Positions 54,994 through 64,000 of a DNA stretch of 64,000 nucleotides are shown here, in pieces. A program made the translations under genes and the position numbers. Numbering within the stretch: the stretch's first letter is position 1; each line of letters starts with the position of its first letter. The notes beneath the pieces are model-generated. The model saw nothing but the letters and a program-made list of their open reading frames with translations, did not search any database and had not been told where the DNA came from. Source of the stretch: Camelus dromedarius. Its lineage: Eukaryota. The stretch covers positions 45,696,001-45,760,000 of the forward strand of contig NC_087447.1 in NCBI RefSeq assembly GCF_036321535.1, in the 5' to 3' direction.

Positions 54994-57043
54994 AAAAAAT
55001 GAGTGAAAGGTACTATCACTTTGTATCCTCACCTACCCTTGGTATTGCTCTTTTTATTTATTTATTTTAGCCATCTTTTGAGATACGTAGTAGAATCTTA
55101 TTGCATTTGTTATTTGAAATTCTTCAATGAAAAAATAAGTTGAGCATCTCTTCATATGTTTATTTTCCATCTGTGGACATTATATATAAAAGAAAGTGAT
55201 GTTGAGCAAGTGAGAGAGAGCTGAGGGGAACCTGGACTTGAAGAGATATTTCCAGTGCTTTTGCGACTAAACCACTAAGCCCTACCTGCCTTTTATATGT
55301 AGGGCATGGAAGCATAAAGCAAAGTTTATGGTTGAATACAATGAACACAATAAATATAACAGCCATTGTTAGAACATGAATTTAAAGCTGCCCTTTAAAG
55401 TTTTAATAGAGAACATCATTTCTTGCAGATTAACACATCTGAGTCCTGTCAAACAGACCAACTGGAAACATGTATGAACTTTCCCTCTAAAGGTAGGACA
55501 CTATGAATTTAATTTCTTTGAAGAATGGTATTGGTAATCCTGTGTGACATTGAAGGTGGGGGAGGAATCACATATTGGGCTTTTAAATCAGTGTATAAAA
55601 TTAAATACACAATTTATTAATGTGAAAATTTATTATTTAATGTATGTCTTATTCTTTAATAATATTAAATTTGGGTTATACTTAAAATGGCACGCAATGT
55701 CCAAATTAAGGAAAACACTGGAAAGAATGCTGTTGGATGCACTTTGACAAAAGAAGCCATCAAAAATACATTATGTGCGTCTTCCTATCCCTAAGAGAAA
55801 AGAGCATTTAATGTGCTCAGAGTTCACAGGAAATAAATTCTTGAGATAATCATACTCACACATCTCTTATGTGACCCCCTCCCCCATTAATTCCTTTTAA
55901 AAAGTTTTTACTGAAGTCTCTAGTTCACATTCCTTGTAGTAATGTTGCAGTCATTGTAATAACATTAGACAGTGAACTTAACCATCAGGTTGTTTTTAGC
56001 CTTCTGCCCAGTCACTCACTCTTATGTTCTATGTCATTATTTTTATGTGCACATCACTTTCTGCTAACATCAAATTCAGGAAGAATAATTGTTAAAAAAT
56101 ATTTGATGCCCAGGAGTCATGTTGGAGATACGTACTTATAAGGTTACAGAAAACATTTTTATAAGAATATCCAGGAAATTCTGGTGAAAGTTGCTTACTT
56201 TGAAAGTATTTTCTACCTGAACTTGCCTGAGACTAACCTACTTTGGCAAAGCATCAAGTTCCAAAGGATGTATGTTTATTGTATTTTACAAATAAAGAGG
56301 GAGAAGTGGCCCGTATAGATAGAAACTTGCCTAAATATATTTAACCTGTGGTAATACACACACACTCATCTGAGGCAGGTAAAAGACTGATCAGACATGA
56401 CTCAAAATCCTACTGTTAGAATTCTATGCATTCAAGCTTCTTTTATGTTCATGATTTTCATTCTTTAACACAACAAAAGGGAAGTAGTTGCACAGTAGGA
56501 GAACGTGGTGTCTGTAGATTTTCATGAACAGAAAGGAGAAAGGTACTAAAACAAAAGGGAAGGACTGGAAACATTTTAAAAACTCTACTCCATAGCCCAG
56601 TGATGTCCTCAGAGAGTCAGGCACATCAAAATTTATACCTGAGAAATTGACCAAGACCTTTATTACTTTAAATTCAAGTTCAGCTCTCTTTTCAGAGAAA
56701 ACATGTCAGTTGACATAGACTAATTATGCCCAGCTGGAATATGATCCTGTTTTCAAACACAAGGACCAGGAGTTTCGCTAAATCTCTGTACTTGAAAATG
56801 AAAGGACTTCCAATGGGATGTTTTCCCTAACTGTAAGGTAACCCTACATTCCACAAAAATAAGCACTCAACACCAATATGGAGAGGAAATATTGGGATTT
56901 AAGACTAGAAGGTAGTCTCCAAAGTTTGTTCCTTTAGGATCTGTAGGATCTTTTGCTATAAGGAACACTTAAAAAGATAACCTTGAATAGAGTTAAAGTT
57001 AGCTACTTTAACACACCCCCAAGAACTAAGGAAACAAAAGACC

Positions 57044-57979
57044 CTACTTTGAGGTGAAAATACGAACCACATGCTCACGACTCTGCTTTGTCCTCACACC
57101 ATAGATGATAGGATTGAGGGCAGGTGGGATGACCACATAGAGATTGGCAATAAGGATGTGGACATAATGGGGAATTTTTTGTCCAAATCGGTGGGTGAGG
57201 AAGGAGAACAGGGAGGGTGTATAGAAAACACACATGACCCCTACATGTGACCCACACGTGTTCAGGGCTTTGTGACGAGCATCTCTAGATGGGAGATGGA
57301 AAACTACACAGAGGATGTAGGCATAAGAGATTCCAACCAGAGCCACATCCAAAATGAGGAAAGAAGCCACCAAAAGCCCATAAATGTCATTAATCCGAAT
57401 GCTTGTACAGGCCAACTTGGCAATGCCCATATGCTCACAGTAGGAGTGGGCAATAATTCGAGCCTCACAGAAGGGCAGACGATAAGTTAGGTAGAGAATG
57501 GGCAACATAAGCAAAACTGGGCACATTATAATACCAACACCAGTGCCTGCTAGAACTCAGGGTATCAGGATGGTTGTGTAGTGGAGAGGTGCACAGATGG
57601 CCACATGGCGGTCAAAAGCCATTGCCAGCAGGACTGCAGACTCCATTCCTGTGAAGGTGTGTATCAGAAACATCTGGGCCACACAGGCTCCAAAGCCAAT
57701 TTCATGAGCATTAAACCAGAAGATACCCAGCATCCGGGGCACTGCGGATGTGGAGAGGGCCAGATCTATGGCAGATAAGATGGCTAGAAAGTAGAACATG
57801 TGGTCTCGCAGAGTACAGTCAGACCAGATAATCAGCAAAATGGTAGCATTGCCCAGCAGAGCCATTAAGTAAATGAAGCAAAAAGGCAAGGAGATCCAGA
57901 CATGGGCATCCTCAAGTCCTGGGATGCCTGTAAGGAAAAAGGTGTCTGGGTGGAAAGTGGAAGTGTTGATGTGGAGCAT
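57044..57979 (-). pseudogene. OR52J: Class I olfactory receptor, OR52J3-like, single nonsense codon
   Basis: MLHINTSTFHPDTFFLTGIPGLE...MAFDRHVAICAPLHY, TGA at codon 141 (57559-57557), same frame continues [31 protein letters not shown] to stop at 57044. Candidate acceptor ttatttttgcttctag 36 nt upstream of ATG. Confidence 0.95.
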
Positions 57980-58957
57980 CTTGCCACTGATGAGAAGGCA
58001 AATAGTTGACCAACTCTAGAAGCAAAAATAAGAGTGATAAAGGCTCACACCTCCAATAGGCTTAATTTTTATCTTTTTTTTCTTATAAAAGGTAATGATA
58101 TAACTTGTGTACGAAGGTAGGTATAGGCACAGACTGAGCACTTTTTAGTGGAAGGAAAATTAACTTTATGGAAATCTTTCCTCTGAAATACTAGATTCAT
58201 ATCTTATACTTGTTAGCTCAAACCCCATACAAAACATGCAATGAATTAAAGAAACATGAAGGAGTTTATGTTTATATTGAGATCTCAGTATTCTTTGAAG
58301 ACAAAGTACACCTTACTTAAACATATCAACACAAAAATCACTCAGCATCAAGATACAGACACCTGCACACAGAACGTGATTATATATGTATAAGAACAGT
58401 GTTGTAACTAGATATAAAGAGTGATAGAAATCAAGCAGGATTTCTTAAACTTGTTTGTTCAGTATCAATTTTTACAATGAATACCAGATCCAAAATGAAG
58501 AGGTATGCTGCTTTAGTTTATCCCTTCATACTTATTCATATACCCCCACAGACACACTGTACTGTATCTAGATATAAAAAGAGGTGCACAAAGATAGACA
58601 GCCACATTGTACTGTACATCAGATATGAAAATAGTTACACAAAGATGGGAAAACCTGATACAATGTGCAGGAGACAAGTGATCTCTTTGATACTAATATT
58701 CTGATGGGATATATACGAATAAAGACTCTCCAAAGTTTTACAGGCTATCAAATTCCCAAGAATATCCCAAGATTTCTAGCAATTCTATCTTTCTTTGTAT
58801 GAGTGTGGAGGAGAGGGGAGTTTGGGGGTGAGCAGTGAAAAGATTTGTTGAAAGGAGATGGTTTGAGAGAATAAAGACCCATTTCTAATGACAATGATGA
58901 AGGTCAGCCTCAGGCTGATGAAATCCATGCTTCTGATTTACCACCCTGCAGTTACGG

Positions 58958-59320
58958 TCTTTCTTTCTTTCTTTCTTCCACTCCTTGTCTCTCTTATTTT
59001 CTCTCTCTCTTTCTTTTCTTTCTTCCTTCTTTGCTTTCATTCTTCTTTCTTATTTTTTCTTCCTTCCTTTTTCTTTTTTTTCTTCCAGAAAAAAAGCAAA
59101 AAGAGATAACACAGCACTATAGAAAAAATAAGAAAGGGACAGAGAAGTATAGGATGAAAGGAAAGTAGGGAAGGAAAAGAGAAGATTAAAGACAGAAAAG
59201 AAAGAAGGAAGCATAAAGAATTAAGTAAAAAGGAAGGAAGAAAATAAGGGAGGAAGGAAAGAAAAAAGAAAGAAGAAAGAAAGGTAGGAAGGAAGGGAGG
59301 GAAGGAAAGTGGAAGGGGAG
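58958..59320. repeat. Pyrimidine-rich tract followed directly by purine-rich tract (low complexity)
   Basis: CT-rich 58958-59086, GA-rich 59087-59320. Confidence 0.85.
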
Positions 59321-60792
59321 TCTCAGCTCCAAGTGACTCCTGTTAAAAGTGAGAGACAAAAGTCCAAATTTGGGGAATTATTTTAATAATGATATTAATA
59401 AGATAGAGCTTCCCCAGCCAGTAAATCCTGCAAGACTACTTAATCTCCATCTCCAGGCTTCTTACTTCTTTCCTTTCCCCTTGATAATCAACTTTATAAA
59501 CCTGCACTTAACTCTGGGTCCATGATGGCCTTATTTTTTAATTATTATGATGGAAGACCATGCCCTAATACACAATTATCACTGGGAGTGGAGATCTTCA
59601 TTTACAGCATAACTTAAGTTCCCTATCTCTATATAATATAGATAGTTATTTAAAAATTTAAATTGTTTCAACATGATCTAGTTCTTTCAGTCAGAAAATC
59701 TTTCTACAGTTGTGATATAGAATATATAATAAATTCAACCACAGCCTGTTCTTTAACTGGTGTACAAGGGTCTCTGATCCATCTACATCAAACATTTAAT
59801 TGGAAGCTCACCTCCAGCAGGAATAGGGCTAGAGAGCTCTAGTGTATCTACTAAAGGGAACAACGACTTATACTACCTGTACTTAGGATCCTTTGGGGCC
59901 TGTCTGAAAACAAAGCCAACTCAAATCCTCTACATGAACCAGGAATAACACCGAGAGACTCCTGAGAAAGAGCCCATTATCTGCACGTGGGGCAGAGGGA
60001 CTGATGTGGAGCCAGACAGCATCTTCTACTCCACATCGTTTCCCCAACACATATACATATTGTAAATAGAAAGTCAGAGTTACAAACTAATACTACCAAA
60101 ACATATTGATATGAAGTGAACAGAACTTCTTATTGGCTAAATTTTGCATCCTGATTTTATTAGATATAACAATGCTATTTAGATCATAAATTACCAATAT
60201 GTAAATCTTCCCTTCCCACATCCATGTCTCAGCACTCCTCAAAACTTTATTAACATATCATGACTGTCAAATAAGACAAAGTCTCTGATGTTTTTCCACG
60301 AGTACTAGTCTTACTGGTTGTGAATGTAAGTTAATAAAAATTAAATAAACAAAAATTAAATAAAATGAAGTACATTTAAATACAGGAAATAAATGGAAGC
60401 CAAAGAAAGGAAAGATGTGGTATCCTAATATTTCAAAGTCACAAATAAAAATGCATTTTTTCTATGTAAAAATAAAAGGAAAATAATATTACTTAGTCAT
60501 AGAAAAATACAGGAACACCACTTACCAAAATTCCCATTCAGATGGTGATCCAGGAGGACTGGTAGATGATCTTCTCATTACATATGTCAGTTAAAGCACT
60601 TCTACTATTACATATTAACATAGACTATTGAAATTACTACAAATCTATAAATGACAAACAACTCAGTATTTAAAAAGGAACAAAAACTTGATCTGGTGAT
60701 TTAAAAAAAGAGAGTATCTGACAAATATAAGAAAAAATTTTTCATCTCTGCTATGCATCAGGAAAATTCTAATTCAAACCACAATGTGACAC

Positions 60793-61150
60793 TGTTAGCA
60801 GATAGAGGGACCCCTAAATTAGGAAGCCCACCAAAATGTGGGTCCTTGCTGCTGGCTGAGAAGGAATTCACACAGCAGAGGCATAGGAACCAAATAAAAA
60901 GCTGCTTTGTTGCTCAGAAAGGGAAATGGAAGGAAATTGCTCGAACAAAGATATGGAAAGAAAGGGACTCAAACAGAAAGGAAGTGCTCCAGCAGGAAGC
61001 CATCAGCCAAAATGGCCAGTAGAGATGGCTCTGGGCCAGGACCAGCCAACAGGTCTTTTGTTAGAAAGCTCTGCCATCATTATCTTCATTCTGGTGGTGG
61101 TGTTAATTATTTTCTGCTATGGGCTCCTTCCTCCCTCACAGCTCAGCCCT
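60793..61150 (-). mobile_element. Probable LTR fragment (right boundary uncertain)
   Basis: Abrupt start tgttagcag after an L1-like stretch; gggtccttgctgctggctgagaaggaattc resembles the reverse complement of the U5 gaattcttt...caagaacc ends of the LTRs at 21 kb. Confidence 0.4.
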
Positions 61151-64000
61151 GAAACAAAAAGCAATTAGCAAAAACTTTGGCAAGAACAAAGGAAGAGATA
61201 CTGGGGTATGTCCTTGGATTTTGGGGAGCCAGCTGTGGGATAACAGAAACGTAGTCCTAAAGAAAGCACATGGAACTTGGCTATTAACTTAGGCAATATA
61301 AATAGTGAAATGCTCTGCTGAAGCCACGTTACAAAGGCTCTTGAGACTCTATGGTTAAAGGCTCTCAAGATTAAAAAAAGTTTTGAATCTGGCTTTAAAC
61401 CACTGGTAACTTAAAATTGGCCATGTTGGGAGAACTTTTTGACAGAAATATATTTTCCATTTTGTAAATGCTCCCCAAAATGTGTGTATATATACACATA
61501 TGTTTGTGAGTACAGGTAAGTAGATACATACACATACACTTGCGTACGTGTGTGTGTGTACACTCCAGCCTGCAGATGGGGAATAGTGTTCTGTGTGTGC
61601 AAGCATGTGTTTCAGAAAGACTGTGCATGTGTTTCAGAAAGACTCTGTCAATGAGTTAAAAAGAAGGTGGGGAGGAGTGAGAGATACAGAATGGGAGGAA
61701 TTAAAAGGTGGGAGAGAGTGATGTAGAAGACAGGCACAGAGATGATGGAAGGAAAGCAGAGAAATGTGTCATGATTTCTAAGTTTGAGAGTTTGCCTGTA
61801 TCTTTGGAATCCAGCTTCTAGAAGGATAAAAGAAATGACCACCAAGTGAGAACTAACAATGCAATGAGGTGAAGTCCTTTTGGATTAATAGTTCATTGTA
61901 ATGTCATAGTGAGATTGATACAATTATGAAGTGAATAGGCAAAAATATTTATTTTCCCCTTTCTAAAAAAGAATCACCAAGAAGAAAACAGAAATATGGG
62001 GTCTTGGGAATAATACAGGAAGAAGACCCAATGGACATTGATTTAAGAAAAAAATTTTTATACACCTGAGTATAAAATTCTTGGTAAGAGAAGACAGAGA
62101 ATGTTCAGTAATATTATATCACTTTTACCTCTAGCCAATCAACTTTAGTTTTATACTTATATATCTTCATTATATAGTGATACCTGACATTTTAGTCAAT
62201 TTGAATAATAAACATATATAATAAGAAATAAAATATATATTTATAAAAATCACTAATAACTAAAGTGTTTTCCTCTATATTTGCATACATATATGCCTTT
62301 AAAAGAATGGTGATTATATTTTTCTCTTTTTTTTACTCAGTATGTAATAGTGAAAGCTCTTGTCAAACTTTATTAATAGATATAATATATGCTCATTTAA
62401 TCATCCCCCAATATTTTACAATTTTCCCAATATCTTACAATTGCCAGTAGTATATACATATATGATCCAAGTATGTAAATGTAATTTACAAATTTCTGTA
62501 AGTTTATACTGTAAATTTTTGTTTATAAGAGGGGACATATTTATCTTATTACATTTACATCTGAGACATCAAACAAGATACCTGCCACTGAATGTATTCT
62601 TTGTAAATTATGCATTTAATCAAGAACTTATAGTTAATGAAGAAGATATCTCTAGAAATTATGCGTATCTCTAGAAGTTGATGCATTGGGTGTTAGCTCA
62701 AGTATGAAATATTTATTCTTAAAATGATTAGTCTAAACCAGTAATGGCAAATCCAATCCCTTTATCAATGGTGTGTTTAGAAATAGTCATAAACTAATTC
62801 TGGCATTCAGTTCCAAAAGGAAGGCTTCACTACCCTTGTTGAGAGAAGTTTTTTAGCTCCTAAAAGGCTGTGGAGAAATTAAAACCTATAGATTTGGGCC
62901 ATTAAAACAATCAACTATGGATCCTGCCTTTCTACTGGGTTTATTGTTATATGAAATAATAACATTCATTATACTGAAGTAAATTCATACTGTGACTTTC
63001 TTTTATTTGCAAAGTGAAGCATCCTAACCAGTATGATAATTATAGACATGTTTAAGACAATTATTATATAATATTAAAATCAATTGTCACAAATAATTTT
63101 CCAATTTTTATTCCACTTTGCACAATAAATTAATAAGTTAATTGGATTGGAAAGATGTGCTCTACTCACGGACTCACTATTTTTAGAATTCAGTCATTTA
63201 CTTGCATCTTCTCAATACAGTAATTATTTTTTCAGCCTTTTTCTGTACAATTTCTTTTTTGGCATGAAACTTACACTAATACATAAATTAAACATCAACT
63301 TTCTTATATTATACTATGACTAATAATAAGAGCATGAGTTGTTTCATTCTTTGATTTATTCAGCAGACATTTCTTGAGTAGCTTGTGAGTCACATTGTGA
63401 GTCACTTAATAGATAAGTAAGTGACATCAAATTCCTTAAAGTCTGGAAGGACAGAGGAAGATAGGCAGTCATTGCAAGTTATTATAATACTAAGCTGTAA
63501 GTGAGAGAACTATGAATAAATACAGTAAACAAAGAAGAGTAAGTACCTCTCTACTTTCAATGGTGTGAGGAAAATCGACCTAGAATTGCTGATATGTAGA
63601 AATTCACTCCCATGTGGACCAATGTTATTCTTTTCCTAAAATAAGATTTTATTTGAATGTTAGATTTGAAAAAATTAAAATGCAAATGCCAGAAAATTGT
63701 TGTGACATAAGTCTTTAGTGGATGGGGAATGGAGGGAAAGGTAATAAGTCTTATAAAGCAGGTTTGTCTGTATTGCAGAGTTTATTAGGGAATAGGCATA
63801 TCTCTATGAAATGAAGACCAAGAAGGAAGTTAAGCGTAATAGGAAAACTGAAGTTGGGAGAGATGTCTGGCATGGAGAATGTAGCAAAAGTACAAATATA
63901 TGCTGGTCACTGGAAATACTAAGTAAGACAGTAGCATTAAAGACAGAAATGAAAATACTTAAGAGACATTTATGAAATAAAATCAGCTGGTCTGGAAGAC

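Larger units (their letters stand above)
51620..55180 (-). mobile_element. Old LINE-1 (L1MC/L1MD-like) long 3' UTR and ORF2 end, host of nested insertions
   Basis: Antisense L1M text (cattagtatggtcatttgttacaattaatgagccaatatt; ggatgtaccacagttt; tttagctttgtaagaaact); split by the LTR at 52188 and the L1 at 54575. Confidence 0.7.

Noticed and set aside
57545..57559. Stop-codon readthrough of the OR52J-like TGA
   Set aside because: Context is TGA-GTT, not the TGA-CTAG readthrough motif; no supporting signal.

Overview
AT-rich, repeat-rich mammalian genomic DNA containing part of a class I olfactory receptor (OR52 family) cluster. There are six single-exon OR loci: OR52J-like (-, 6330-7254), OR52S-like (+, 17341-18282), OR52Z-like (+, 26579-27522), OR52E-like (-, 36920-37859), OR52E-like (-, 45459-46397) and OR52J-like (-, 57044-57979). 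Only the 45.5-46.4 kb gene is intact; the other five carry frameshifts or nonsense codons, three of them a single lesion. Subfamily names come from recalled resemblance to human/mouse ORs, not from a search. Intergenic DNA is mostly LINE-1 fragments of several ages, solo ERV LTRs, MIR and DNA-transposon relics, microsatellites and tRNA-Ala-derived SINEs that point to a camelid genome (inference). I found no evidence of a new biological system. The most notable observations are a frameshifted OR masked by an alternative-frame ATG that yields a 308-aa ORF, an RFX X-box/CCAAT/CRE-like module upstream of the only intact OR, and an ERV2-type LTR that seems to retain a primer-binding-site remnant.
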